NCBI GenBank assembly: GCA_050875105.1
Contig: JBNMMB010000001.1
Coordinates: forward strand, 12,597-76,596
Length of the DNA: 64,000 nucleotides
Origin: Prevotella sp.
GTDB lineage: Bacteria; Bacteroidota; Bacteroidia; Bacteroidales; Bacteroidaceae
Reading direction: 5' to 3'
Shown here: in pieces, positions 52,769-63,295 of the stretch
Layout of the letters: each line of letters opens with the position of its first letter
How positions within the stretch are numbered: the first letter of the stretch is position 1
Position numbers and translations under genes: made by a program
The notes under the pieces: generated by a model
Told to the model about the DNA's origin: nothing
The model's input: the letters and a program-made list of their open reading frames with translations, nothing else
Database searches by the model: none

Positions 52769-54934
52769 ATGAGCAAGTTCAACTACAAAAAGGTCATGCC
52801 ACGCTACAGCCTCATCTGCATGGTGCTGTCGGTGGTGGCACTGGGCATCCTCGTCAAGGCGGGATACATCATGACGGCCAAGCGCTCCTACTGGGAACAG
52901 GTGGCCAAGCGTGAGACGCGGGACAGCGTGCCCGTGCCCTCACAACGTGGCAACATCCTCAGCGACGACGGACAACTGCTGGCCTCATCGCTGCCGGAGT
53001 TTAAGCTCTACATGGACTTCCACCAGTTGCACGAGGCCAACAACGACTCGCTCTGGGAGGTCAAGCTCGACAGCATCTGCATGGGCCTCCACGAGATCTT
53101 CCCCGAGAAGAGCGCCGGCGCCTTCAAGGCTCACCTGGAGAAGGGACGCCGCGAGGGCAAGCGCTACTACCCGATATGGCCCAAGCGCGTCAACTACAAC
53201 ACCTACACGGAGGTGAAGGAGCTGCCGGTCTTCCGCCTGAAACGCTTCCAGAGCGGTTTCGTGCCCCAGGAGCTGCAGTCGCGCACCCGCCCCTACGGCA
53301 ACATGGCCGCACGCACCATCGGCATGATGTACAGCGAGAAGGACATGGGACGCACGCCACGCTGTGGCCTGGAGTTCTCCTACGACTCGCTGCTGCGCGG
53401 CACCGACGGACTGAAGAACCGCCGCAAGGTGCTCAGCAAATACATGGACATCATCGAGCGCGAGCCCGTGGAGGGAGCCGACATCATGACCACCATCAAC
53501 GTGAGCATGCAGGACCTGGCCGAGCGCGCCGTGCTCAAGAAGCTGCAAGAGATCAACGCCGAGTTTGGCGTGGCCATCGTCATGGACGTGAAGACGGGCG
53601 ACGTGAAAGCCATCGTCAACCTGGAGAAGTGTGTCGACGGCAAGTACCGCGAGATACAGAACCATGCCGTCACCGACCTCGTGGAACCGGGCTCGGTCTT
53701 CAAGACGGCCACGGTGATGACGGCCCTCGAGGACGGCGTGTGCGACACGTCGTTCACCATACCCACGGGCAACGGCATCTGGCACGTCTACGGACGCGAC
53801 ATGAAAGACAGCCACTGGCGCTCGGGCGGCTATGGCACCATCTCGCTGGGACAGGCCATGGAGCTCAGTTCGAACATCGGCATCAGCTACATGGTCGACA
53901 AGTTCTACCACAACGACCCGGAGAAGTTTGTCAGGGGCATCTGGCGCACGGGCATCAACGACCCCAACATCAGCATCCCCATCGAGGGCCACGCCAAGCC
54001 GTGGATCCGCATGCCGCAGAAATACCCCAACGGACAATGGAAGAACTGGAGCAAGACGGCCCTGCTGTGGATGAGCATCGGCTATGAGACGCTCATACCG
54101 CCCATCTACACGCTGACCTTCTACAACGCCATCGCCAACAACGGCCGCATGATGCAACCGCGCTTTGTGAAGGCCACCGTGAAAAACGGCGACACGCTGA
54201 CCGCCTATCCGCCCACCGTGGTGAAGGGACGCGAGCACATCGCCTCGGAGAAGACCATCAAAATCCTGCAAGACCTGTTGCACCGTGTGGTGATCAACGG
54301 CACGGGAAAGAAGGCCAACAGCCCCAACTTCTGGGTGTGCGGCAAGACCGGAACGGCCATGATCGCCAAGAACGGGTCGTACAAGGGCGTGCCCAACCAC
54401 CTGCTGTCGTTTGCAGGATGGTTTGGCGAGAAGGACAAGCCCTACTACAGTTGCATCGTCTGCATACAGAAACAGGGCATGCCGGCCTACGGCTGGATGA
54501 GCGGCGAGGTGTTCAAGGACATCGCCGAGGGCATCATGGCCAAGTATGTGAGGTATGACATCAGCGACGCGCGCGACTCGTCGTCGCACCCCATACCCGA
54601 CGTGAAGAACGGCAACATCTTCTCCGCACAGCGCGTGCTGGCGCTGCTCGGCATCCACACATCGACCAACTACGCCACAAAGGCCACACAGACGGCCATG
54701 GTGTGGGGCGACGCCTTGAGAAAGAGCAACGGCATCGTGCTGCAAAAAGAACCCTTGATGAGCCGACGCCACATGCCCAACGTGATCGGGATGGGCGCAC
54801 GCGACGCTGTCTACCTCATCGAGAGCCGAGGCGTCAGGTGCGTCGTACTCGGACGGGGAAAGGTCGTCGAGCAGAGCCTCGAGCCTGGACACTACATCAA
54901 GGGCAAAGAGACGTGCACACTAAAACTGGAATAA
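52769..54934 (+). CDS. ftsI: penicillin-binding protein 3-like transpeptidase (FtsI) with C-terminal PASTA-like domain
   Basis: 721 aa with an N-terminal TM helix and a dimerisation domain. Transpeptidase motifs are SVFK (SxxK), SSN (SxN) and KTGT (KTG). Confidence 0.85.
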   Translation: MSKFNYKKVMPRYSLICMVLSVVALGILVKAGYIMTAKRSYWEQVAKRETRDSVPVPSQRGNILSDDGQLLASSLPEFKLYMDFHQLHEANNDSLWEVKLDSICMGLHEIFPEKSAGAFKAHLEKGRREGKRYYPIWPKRVNYNTYTEVKELPVFRLKRFQSGFVPQELQSRTRPYGNMAARTIGMMYSEKDMGRTPRCGLEFSYDSLLRGTDGLKNRRKVLSKYMDIIEREPVEGADIMTTINVSMQDLAERAVLKKLQEINAEFGVAIVMDVKTGDVKAIVNLEKCVDGKYREIQNHAVTDLVEPGSVFKTATVMTALEDGVCDTSFTIPTGNGIWHVYGRDMKDSHWRSGGYGTISLGQAMELSSNIGISYMVDKFYHNDPEKFVRGIWRTGINDPNISIPIEGHAKPWIRMPQKYPNGQWKNWSKTALLWMSIGYETLIPPIYTLTFYNAIANNGRMMQPRFVKATVKNGDTLTAYPPTVVKGREHIASEKTIKILQDLLHRVVINGTGKKANSPNFWVCGKTGTAMIAKNGSYKGVPNHLLSFAGWFGEKDKPYYSCIVCIQKQGMPAYGWMSGEVFKDIAEGIMAKYVRYDISDARDSSSHPIPDVKNGNIFSAQRVLALLGIHTSTNYATKATQTAMVWGDALRKSNGIVLQKEPLMSRRHMPNVIGMGARDAVYLIESRGVRCVVLGRGKVVEQSLEPGHYIKGKETCTLKLE

Positions 54935-54953
54935 ACAATAACAGAGAATACAT

Positions 54954-56405
54954 ATGAAACTGCAAGAACTGTTGAAGAACACCAAGCCGCTGGCCAACGT
55001 CGGCGACATGGACGTGAACATCACGGGAGTTGACATCGACTCAAGAAAAGTGAAGTCTGGACACCTGTTCATCGCCATGAAAGGCACGCAGGTGGACGGA
55101 CATCAGTTCATCCCCAAGGCCATCGAGCTCGGGGCATCGGCCGTGATCTGCCAAGACATGCCCGAGGAGAAGGCCGACGGCGTGACCTACGTGCAGGTGG
55201 CCGACTCGGAGGAGGCTGCCGGCAAGGTGGCCACACTGTTCTATGGCGACCCCTCGCACCACCTGACACTGGTCGGCGTGACGGGCACCAACGGCAAGAC
55301 GACCATCGCCACCTTATTATATAATATGTTTCGCAAGATGGGCCACAAGTGCGGACTGCTGTCCACCGTGTGCAACTACATCGAGGACGAGGCCATCCCG
55401 GCCGACCACACCACCCCCGACCCCATCGAGCTCAACGAACTGCTGGGCCGCATGGTGCAGGCGGGCTGCGAATATGCGTTCATGGAGTGCTCCAGCCACG
55501 CCATCGCACAGAAGCGCATCAGCGGACTGAAGTTTGCCGGTGGCATCTTCACCAACCTGACGCGCGACCACCTCGACTACCACAAGACCTTCGAGAACTA
55601 CCGCAACGCCAAGAAGGCGTTCTTCGACGGACTGCCCAAGACGGCGTTTGCCATCACCAACGCCGACGACAAGAATGGCATGGTGATGGTGCAGAACACC
55701 AAGGCCACCGTGAAGACCTACTCCATCCGCCAGATGGCCGACTTCCGCGCTCGCATCATCGAGATGCACTTCGCCGGCATGTATCTCGACATCGACGGAC
55801 ACGAGGTGGGTGTGCAGTTCATCGGCAAGTTCAACGTGAGCAACCTGCTGGCTGTCTATGGCGCCGCACGCATGTTGGGCAAGCAACCTGAGGACATCCT
55901 CGTGGTGCTCTCCACGCTTCACAGCGTAAGCGGCCGCCTGGAGCCCGTGCAGTCGCCCGACGGCTACACGGCCATCGTGGACTACGCACACACGCCCGAC
56001 GCCCTGGCCAACGTGCTGTCATCGATCCATGAGGTGCTCAGCGGCAAGGGCCACGTCATCACCGTCTGTGGCGCCGGTGGCAACCGCGACCACGGCAAGC
56101 GCCCGCTCATGGCGCAGGAGGCCGTGAAGCAGTCGGACAAGGTGATCATCACCAGCGACAACCCCCGCTTCGAGGACCCGCAGGCCATCATCGACGACAT
56201 GGTGGCCGGACTGAACAAGGAACAGATGAAGAAGGTGCTGACCATCGTCGACCGCAAGGAGGCCATCAAGACGGCCTGCATGATGGCCCAGAAGGACGAC
56301 GTGGTGCTGGTGGCCGGCAAGGGCCATGAGAACTACCAGGAGATCAAGGGCGTCAAGCACCACTTCGACGACAAGGAGGTACTCCACGAGATATTCAACG
56401 CCTAA
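54954..56405 (+). CDS. murE: UDP-N-acetylmuramoyl-L-alanyl-D-glutamate--2,6-diaminopimelate ligase
   Basis: 483 aa with the Mur ligase P-loop [10 protein letters not shown] and a DNPR motif (meso-DAP-type MurE). Confidence 0.9.
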   Translation: MKLQELLKNTKPLANVGDMDVNITGVDIDSRKVKSGHLFIAMKGTQVDGHQFIPKAIELGASAVICQDMPEEKADGVTYVQVADSEEAAGKVATLFYGDPSHHLTLVGVTGTNGKTTIATLLYNMFRKMGHKCGLLSTVCNYIEDEAIPADHTTPDPIELNELLGRMVQAGCEYAFMECSSHAIAQKRISGLKFAGGIFTNLTRDHLDYHKTFENYRNAKKAFFDGLPKTAFAITNADDKNGMVMVQNTKATVKTYSIRQMADFRARIIEMHFAGMYLDIDGHEVGVQFIGKFNVSNLLAVYGAARMLGKQPEDILVVLSTLHSVSGRLEPVQSPDGYTAIVDYAHTPDALANVLSSIHEVLSGKGHVITVCGAGGNRDHGKRPLMAQEAVKQSDKVIITSDNPRFEDPQAIIDDMVAGLNKEQMKKVLTIVDRKEAIKTACMMAQKDDVVLVAGKGHENYQEIKGVKHHFDDKEVLHEIFNA

Positions 56406-56481
56406 GGACCCACGGTCAACAGGCGACTAACGGGCGCGGACCACACAGGCCACACCCTCAACAGATAAAAAGCTATAGTCA

Positions 56482-57753
56482 ATGTTATACTATCTTTTCA
56501 GGTTCTTAGAACAGTTTGGCATCAGCGGCTCGGGCATGTGGGGCTACATCTCCTTCCGCGCGCTGCTGGCGCTCATCCTGTCGCTGATCATCTCCACATG
56601 GTTCGGCGAGAAGTTTATCAAGTATCTCAAGAGCAAGCAGATCACCGAGACTCAGCGCGACGCCAGCATCGACCCGTTTGGCGTGAAGAAGATCGGAGTG
56701 CCGTCGATGGGCGGCATCATCATCATCGTGTCGATCCTCATCCCCGTGCTGTTGCTCGGCCGACTGAGGAACATCTACCTCATCCTCATGATCATCACCA
56801 CCCTGTGGCTCGGCTTCCTGGGTGGCATGGATGACTTCATCAAGATCTTCCGCCGCAACAAGGAGGGACTGAAGGGCAAATACAAGATTGTCGGACAGGT
56901 CTCCATCGGCCTCATCGTCGGACTGGTGCTCTGGGCGTCGCCCGACGTGAAGATGAACGAGAACCTCACGGCTGAACGGCAGAACAGCCAGGAGGTGGTG
57001 GTCAGCCACAGCACAGAGGCGGAGAAGTCGCTCAAGACAACCATCCCGTTTGTCAAGGGCCACAACCTCGACTACTCGCAGATCATGTCGTTCTGCGGCA
57101 AGTACAAGTCGGCAGCCGGCTGGGTGCTGTTTGTCATCATGACCATCTTCGTCGTGACCGCCGTCAGCAATGGCGCCAACCTCAACGACGGCATGGACGG
57201 CATGTGTGCCGGCAACTCGGCCATCATCGGTGTGGCGCTCGGCATACTGGCCTACGTGAGCTCGCACATGGAGTTTGCGGCCTACCTCAACATCATGTAC
57301 ATACCGGGCTCGCAAGAGCTGGTGGTGTTCATGTGTGCCTTCGTGGGCGCCCTCATCGGCTTCCTGTGGTACAACGCCTACCCCGCACAGGTGTTCATGG
57401 GCGACACGGGATCGCTCACCATCGGCGGCATCATCGGCGTGGGGGCCATCATCATCCACAAGGAACTGATGTTGCCCATCCTCTGCGGCGTGTTCTTCGT
57501 GGAGAGCCTCAGCGTCATCTGCCAGGTGTGGTACTACAAGCTCGGCAAGCGCAAGGGCGTGAAGCAACGCATCTTCAAGCGCACGCCGATACACGACAAC
57601 TTCCGTGTGACCGACGACCAACTGGACCCGGATTGCAAGTATCTCATCAAGTCGCCCCACTCGGCCAAGCATGAGTCGAAGATCACCATCCGCTTCTGGA
57701 TCATCACCATCATCCTCGCCGCACTGACCATCATCACCCTGAAGATCAGATAA
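56482..57753 (+). CDS. mraY: phospho-N-acetylmuramoyl-pentapeptide transferase
   Basis: 423 aa, polytopic, with MraY blocks (PSMGG, NGANLNDGMDG, GDTGSL, PIHDNF). Confidence 0.9.
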   Translation: MLYYLFRFLEQFGISGSGMWGYISFRALLALILSLIISTWFGEKFIKYLKSKQITETQRDASIDPFGVKKIGVPSMGGIIIIVSILIPVLLLGRLRNIYLILMIITTLWLGFLGGMDDFIKIFRRNKEGLKGKYKIVGQVSIGLIVGLVLWASPDVKMNENLTAERQNSQEVVVSHSTEAEKSLKTTIPFVKGHNLDYSQIMSFCGKYKSAAGWVLFVIMTIFVVTAVSNGANLNDGMDGMCAGNSAIIGVALGILAYVSSHMEFAAYLNIMYIPGSQELVVFMCAFVGALIGFLWYNAYPAQVFMGDTGSLTIGGIIGVGAIIIHKELMLPILCGVFFVESLSVICQVWYYKLGKRKGVKQRIFKRTPIHDNFRVTDDQLDPDCKYLIKSPHSAKHESKITIRFWIITIILAALTIITLKIR

Positions 57754-57870
57754 GCGGGCGAGAAGGGGACCGCCGACAGGCCGTCGCCGACAAAGGCAAA
57801 CGGCCTGACAGGGGCCCAGGCTGGGGACCATCATCATCCCCGCACAACAACAATCGTTAAACAGAAAGCT

Positions 57871-59202
57871 ATGAAAAGAATTGTAGTTTTGGGAGCTGGC
57901 GAAAGCGGCGCAGGAGCCGCCGTGCTGGCCAAGCAAAAAGGATTCGACGTGTTTGTGTCTGACATGTCGAAAATCAACGACAAATACAAGAAGGTGCTCG
58001 ACGACCATCACATCGCATGGGAGGAGGGCCACCACACCGAGGAGCTCATCCTCAACGCCGACGAGATCATCAAGAGCCCAGGCATCCCCAAGGAGGCGCC
58101 CATGATACAAAAGCTCATGGCACAGGGCACGCACATCATCAGCGAGATCGAGTTTGCCGGCCGCTACACGCACTCGAAGATGATCTGCATCACGGGATCG
58201 AACGGCAAGACCACCACGACCTCGCTCATCTACCATATCTTCAAGGCCGCAGGATACGACGCTGGCCTCGCCGGCAACATCGGACGGAGCCTGGCACTGC
58301 AAGTGGCAGAGGACCCGCACGAGTATTACATCATCGAACTGAGCTCATTCCAGCTCGACAACATGTATGACTTCCGCGCCAACATCGCCATCCTGCTCAA
58401 CATCACGCCCGACCATCTCGACCGCTACGACTATAAGTTTGAGAACTATGCGGCCGCCAAGATGCGCATCACACAGAACCAGACGGCGGAGGACAGCTTC
58501 ATCTACTGGAACGACGACCCCGTCATCAAGGAGGAACTGAAGAAATATGACATCAAGGCCGTGGCTTGCCCGTTCTCGGAACTGAAGGAAGACGGATCGA
58601 TCGCCTACATCGAGGAGGGACAGTACAAACTGGAGTTCCCCACGCCATTCAACATGGAACAAGAGGAACTGTCGCTCACCGGCAAGCACAACATCTACAA
58701 CTCGCTGGCCGCCGGCCTCGCCTCCAACATCACGGGCATCAAGAAGGAGATCATCCGCAAGAGCCTCAGCGACTTCCCCGGCGTGGAGCATCGCCTGGAG
58801 AAGGTGTGCAACGTGCGCGGCGTGCACTATGTCAACGACTCGAAGGCCACCAACGTGGACGCCTGCTGGTATGCGCTCGAAAGCATGAAGACGCCTGTGG
58901 TGCTCATCCTCGGCGGCAAGGACAAGGGCAACGACTACAATGAGATCAAGGACCTGGTGAAGAAGAAGTGCCGCGCACTGGTGTACCTCGGAGCGGACAA
59001 CACCAAGCTCCACAATTTCTTCGACGGCATGGGCATCACCGTGCGCGACACACACAGCATGAAAGACTGCGTGCAGGCGTGCTACGACCTCGCACAGGCC
59101 GGCGACACCGTGCTGCTGTCGCCCTGCTGCGCCAGCTTCGACCTCTTCAAGAACATGGAGGACCGTGGCGAGCAATTCAAGGCACTCGTAAGAAGCTTAT
59201 AG
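57871..59202 (+). CDS. murD: UDP-N-acetylmuramoylalanine--D-glutamate ligase
   Basis: 443 aa with an N-terminal Rossmann motif (VVLGAGESGAGAA), the P-loop ITGSNGKTTT and a C-terminal LSPCCASFD. Confidence 0.9.
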   Translation: MKRIVVLGAGESGAGAAVLAKQKGFDVFVSDMSKINDKYKKVLDDHHIAWEEGHHTEELILNADEIIKSPGIPKEAPMIQKLMAQGTHIISEIEFAGRYTHSKMICITGSNGKTTTTSLIYHIFKAAGYDAGLAGNIGRSLALQVAEDPHEYYIIELSSFQLDNMYDFRANIAILLNITPDHLDRYDYKFENYAAAKMRITQNQTAEDSFIYWNDDPVIKEELKKYDIKAVACPFSELKEDGSIAYIEEGQYKLEFPTPFNMEQEELSLTGKHNIYNSLAAGLASNITGIKKEIIRKSLSDFPGVEHRLEKVCNVRGVHYVNDSKATNVDACWYALESMKTPVVLILGGKDKGNDYNEIKDLVKKKCRALVYLGADNTKLHNFFDGMGITVRDTHSMKDCVQACYDLAQAGDTVLLSPCCASFDLFKNMEDRGEQFKALVRSL

Positions 59203-59245
59203 CCAAGGGGCGGCCAAAAGGCCGCCTCGCAGCTCAAACAAGGAC

Positions 59246-60529
59246 ATGAACAAGAAGTTATCCAACTTATTCAAGGGTGACAAAGTCATCTGGATGGTCT
59301 ATTTCTTCCTTTGCATCATCAGCATCGTGGAGGTCTTCTCGGCCTCGTCGGAGCTGACCTACAAGGGAGGCAACTATCTCGCGCCCTTCATCAAGCACAT
59401 CGGCATCATCATCTTCGGCTTCGGCCTGATGGTGGTGACGCTCAACATCAGCTGCAAATACTTCAAGATCATGACACCCATCTTGCTGGCCTTCACGGGC
59501 CTGCTGCTCATCTGGGTGCTCATAGCGGGACAATCCACCAACGGTGCCAGCCGCTGGATACCCATCCTCGGCATACAATTCCAGCCATCGGAACTGGCCA
59601 AGGGCGCCCTGGTGCTCATGACCGCACAGATCCTAAGCGCCATGCAGACCGACAACGGGGCCGACCGAAAGGCCATGAAATACATCCTGTGGATAGCAGC
59701 CCCGTTCCTGGCCCTCATCGGCATGGAGAACCTGTCGACAGCTGCGCTGCTGTGCGCCGTGATCTTCTTCATGATGGTCATCGGACGGGTGCCGGGCCGA
59801 CAGCTCGGAAGACTGGTGCTGACGGTGGTGGCCGCCATCGCCTTCGCCGTGGCGTTGGTCATGTTTGTGGGTGAAGACACAGGCAAGGAGGAAGGCACCA
59901 AGAACCTGACCGAACAACAGATGGCCGACGGACAGACCGTCAGGACGGAGGAAAATGAAGGACACAAGGGCCTGCTGCACCGTCTCGACACCTGGAAATC
60001 GCGCATCGACAAGTTCCTCAACTCGAAGGAAGTGCCACCCGAGAAGGTGGACCTCGACAAGGGAGCCCAGGAGGCTCACGCCAAGATAGCCATCGCCACC
60101 AGCAACGTCATCGGCAAAGGACCGGGCAACTCCGTGCAGCGCGACTTCCTCGCACAGGCCTTCTCTGACTTCATCTATGCCATCATCATTGAGGAGACGG
60201 GCATCGAGGGAGCGTTCTTCGTGGCCATGCTCTACATCATCCTGCTCTTCCGCACAGGACGCATCGCCAACCGCTGCGAGAACAACTTCCCTGCGTTCCT
60301 GGCCATGGGACTGGCCTTGCTGCTGGTCGTGCAGGCGTTGTTCAACATGTGCGTGGCCGTCGGACTTGTGCCCGTCACCGGACAACCGTTGCCGCTGATC
60401 AGCAAGGGAGGCACGTCGACACTGGTCAACAGCGTCTACATCGGCATCATCCTAAGCGTGAGCCGCACAGCCAAGAAGACCAAGGACGAAAAGGTGGCCA
60501 AAGCGAGCGTGGCAACCGCAACGGCTTAG
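59246..60529 (+). CDS. ftsW: FtsW/RodA/SpoVE-family peptidoglycan polymerase
   Basis: 427 aa, polytopic, with SEDS blocks (QPSELAK, DFIYAII.EE.G, GQPLPLISKGGTS). Confidence 0.85.
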   Translation: MNKKLSNLFKGDKVIWMVYFFLCIISIVEVFSASSELTYKGGNYLAPFIKHIGIIIFGFGLMVVTLNISCKYFKIMTPILLAFTGLLLIWVLIAGQSTNGASRWIPILGIQFQPSELAKGALVLMTAQILSAMQTDNGADRKAMKYILWIAAPFLALIGMENLSTAALLCAVIFFMMVIGRVPGRQLGRLVLTVVAAIAFAVALVMFVGEDTGKEEGTKNLTEQQMADGQTVRTEENEGHKGLLHRLDTWKSRIDKFLNSKEVPPEKVDLDKGAQEAHAKIAIATSNVIGKGPGNSVQRDFLAQAFSDFIYAIIIEETGIEGAFFVAMLYIILLFRTGRIANRCENNFPAFLAMGLALLLVVQALFNMCVAVGLVPVTGQPLPLISKGGTSTLVNSVYIGIILSVSRTAKKTKDEKVAKASVATATA

Positions 60530-60620
60530 CTCACGAAGACCCGCCGAAAGGCAGGACAAAGAGAAAAAAAGAGCAAGCAAGAAAATGGAATGAAAATGAT
60601 CAAAAGTGGGAAAAATTGAT

Positions 60621-60628
60621 TACTTTTG
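60621..60628 (+). promoter_or_regulatory. internal -7 promoter box (TACTTTTG) upstream of murG
   Basis: Exact TAnnTTTG match in the 108-nt AT-rich ftsW-murG spacer, 16 nt upstream of the ATG at 60644. Confidence 0.4.
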
Positions 60629-60643
60629 CAAAAATAAGTGATT

Positions 60644-61759
60644 ATGGACAAGGAGTTAAGAATCATCATCAGCGGAGGCGGAACAGGTGGACACATCTTC
60701 CCCGCCATATCCATCGCCAACGCCATCAAGGCTAAGCACCCTGAGGCGAAGATATTGTTTGTGGGAGCACTCGGACGCATGGAGATGCAACGCGTGCCGG
60801 CAGCAGGCTACGAGATCAAGGGACTGCCCATCTGTGGCTTCGACCGCAAGCACCTGTTGAAGAACATCGCTGTCCTGTTCAAGATATGGAAGAGCCAGCA
60901 CATCGCCAAGAAGATCGTACGCGAGTTCAAGCCCATGGCCGCTGTGGGTGTGGGCGGTTATGCCAGCGGACCAACGCTGAACGTATGCGCCGAGAAAGGC
61001 ATACCCTGCCTCATACAGGAGCAGAACAGCTACGCCGGCGTCACCAACAAGATACTGGCCAAGAAAGCCACCAAGATCTGCGTGGCCTACGACGGCATGG
61101 AGCGCTTCTTCCCCGCAGAGAAGATTGTCAAGACGGGCAACCCCGTCAGGCAGAACGTGCTCAACAACGAGATGACCAAGGAAGAGGCCCGCAAGAGCTT
61201 CGGACTCGATCCCAACAAGAAGACGGTGTTGCTCGTGGGCGGAAGCCTCGGAGCGCGCACCGTGAACGAGAGCATGAAGCAGCACCTCGACGAGGTGAAG
61301 GCTGCCAACGTGCAGTTTATCTGGCAGACTGGCAAATACTACAATGCGGAGATGAACCAGGCCGTGAAGGACTTTGGCGACATTCCCAACCTCAAGGTGC
61401 TCGACTTCATCAGCGACATGGGTGCCGCCTACAAGGCTGCTGACCTCGTGATCAGCCGCGCCGGCGCCAGCTCGATCAGCGAGTTCTGCCTCATCGGCAA
61501 GCCTGTCATCCTCGTGCCGAGTCCTAACGTGGCCGAAGACCACCAGACGAAAAACGCCATGGCATTGGTCAACAAGGACGCGGCCATCTACGTCAAGGAC
61601 GCCGAGGCGCCACAGGTGTTGCTCCACACGGCCCTCGAGACCGTGGCCAACGACCAGAAGTTGGCATCGCTCAGCGAAAACATCAAGAAGCTCGGACTGA
61701 AAGACTCGGCCGACGTCATCGCCGACGAGGTGGTGAAACTGGCTTGGGCAAACAAGTAA
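60644..61759 (+). CDS. murG: undecaprenyldiphospho-muramoylpentapeptide beta-N-acetylglucosaminyltransferase
   Basis: The track start at 60638 is GTG; the ATG at 60644 gives MDKELRIIISGGGTGGHIFPAISIA.... The GT28 blocks GGTGGH and a C-terminal HQ..NA are present. Confidence 0.9.
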   Translation: MDKELRIIISGGGTGGHIFPAISIANAIKAKHPEAKILFVGALGRMEMQRVPAAGYEIKGLPICGFDRKHLLKNIAVLFKIWKSQHIAKKIVREFKPMAAVGVGGYASGPTLNVCAEKGIPCLIQEQNSYAGVTNKILAKKATKICVAYDGMERFFPAEKIVKTGNPVRQNVLNNEMTKEEARKSFGLDPNKKTVLLVGGSLGARTVNESMKQHLDEVKAANVQFIWQTGKYYNAEMNQAVKDFGDIPNLKVLDFISDMGAAYKAADLVISRAGASSISEFCLIGKPVILVPSPNVAEDHQTKNAMALVNKDAAIYVKDAEAPQVLLHTALETVANDQKLASLSENIKKLGLKDSADVIADEVVKLAWANK

Positions 61760-61849
61760 GGAGCCTCAGCAAGACGGCTGGAAGGCCGAAAAACAACGAA
61801 TGAAAGAAAGGAAAAAACAAAACATCCAAATCGTGATAAACGTAAGACA

Positions 61850-63241
61850 ATGGAACTGAAAGATATCAAGGCTGTGTACTTTATAGGCGCAGGCGGCATC
61901 GGCATGAGCGCTATCGCTCGTTACTTCATTCACCGTGGCCTGGTGGTGGCCGGTTACGACCGCACACCATCTGACCTCACTCGCCGCCTGGAGAAAGAAG
62001 GCATGTTGATTCATTATGAAGAAAACGTGGACGAGATACCCCACGCCTGCCGCGACAAGGCTTCGTGCCTGGTCGTCTACACGCCTGCCATCCCCGCAGA
62101 ACACAAGGAACTGCAATTCTTCCGCCAGGGCGGCTTCGAGATTGAGAAGCGTGCCCAGGTGCTGGGAACGCTGACACGCACACACAAGGGACTGTGTGTG
62201 GCGGGCACACACGGCAAGACCACCACATCGACCATGTGCGCACACATCATGCACCAGAGCCATGTGGACTGTAACGCTTTCCTCGGAGGCATCTCCAAGA
62301 ACTACGGCACCAACTACATCCTTTCAGACACCAGCGACTATGTGGTCATCGAGGCCGACGAGTTCGACCGCTCCTTCCACTGGCTCAGACCGTGGATGAG
62401 CGTCATCACCTCCACCGATCCCGACCACCTGGACATCTACGGCACCAAGGAGGCCTATCTCGAAAGCTTCCGCCATTACACCGAGCTCATTCAGCCGGGT
62501 GGCGCGCTCATCATCCACACCGACCTGGAGATGAAGGCCAACGTGCAGGAAGGCGTCAAGACCTACACCTACAGCCGCGACAAGGGCGACTTCCACGCCG
62601 AGAACATCAAGATTGAGAATGGCGAGATCACCTTCGACCTCGTGTCGCCCATAGAGAACGTGGAGAACATCCACCTGGGACAGCCCATTCCCATCAACAT
62701 CGAGAACGGTGTGGGGGCCATGGCCTTGGCACAGCTCAACGGGTGCACGGCACGCGAGCTCCGCTATGGCATGGAGACCTATCATGGCGTGGACCGCCGT
62801 TTCGACTTCAAGATCCGCAACAACCGTCATGTGTTGCTCTCCGACTACGCACACCATCCCAAGGAGATTCTGCAGAGCGCCAAGAGCCTCAAGGAGATCT
62901 ATCCCGACAGGAAGATCACGGTCATCTTCCAACCGCACCTCTACACCCGCACACGCGACTTCTACAAGGATTTCGCTGATGCGCTGAGCCACTTCGACGA
63001 GGTGATACTCACCGAGATCTATCCCGCAAGAGAGGAGCCCATACCCGGCGTGACCTCCAACCTCATCTACGACAACCTGAAGCCAGGCGTGGAGAAGAGC
63101 AAGATCAAGAAAGACGACGTGCTCAACCTGGTGAAGAGCCGCGACTTCGACGTGCTCATCACGCTCGGCGCCGGCGACCTGGACAACTACGTGCCACAGA
63201 TTGCCAAGATCATCGAGGAAAAGGACAAGGCCAACAAGTAA
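61850..63241 (+). CDS. murC: UDP-N-acetylmuramate--L-alanine ligase
   Basis: 463 aa with an N-terminal FIGAGGIGMSA motif and the P-loop GTHGKTTTS. Confidence 0.9.
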   Translation: MELKDIKAVYFIGAGGIGMSAIARYFIHRGLVVAGYDRTPSDLTRRLEKEGMLIHYEENVDEIPHACRDKASCLVVYTPAIPAEHKELQFFRQGGFEIEKRAQVLGTLTRTHKGLCVAGTHGKTTTSTMCAHIMHQSHVDCNAFLGGISKNYGTNYILSDTSDYVVIEADEFDRSFHWLRPWMSVITSTDPDHLDIYGTKEAYLESFRHYTELIQPGGALIIHTDLEMKANVQEGVKTYTYSRDKGDFHAENIKIENGEITFDLVSPIENVENIHLGQPIPINIENGVGAMALAQLNGCTARELRYGMETYHGVDRRFDFKIRNNRHVLLSDYAHHPKEILQSAKSLKEIYPDRKITVIFQPHLYTRTRDFYKDFADALSHFDEVILTEIYPAREEPIPGVTSNLIYDNLKPGVEKSKIKKDDVLNLVKSRDFDVLITLGAGDLDNYVPQIAKIIEEKDKANK

Positions 63242-63295
63242 GCACCAAAGCGGCACAGGCCCATCACAGAACAAAAGAACAACCATCTACCCACC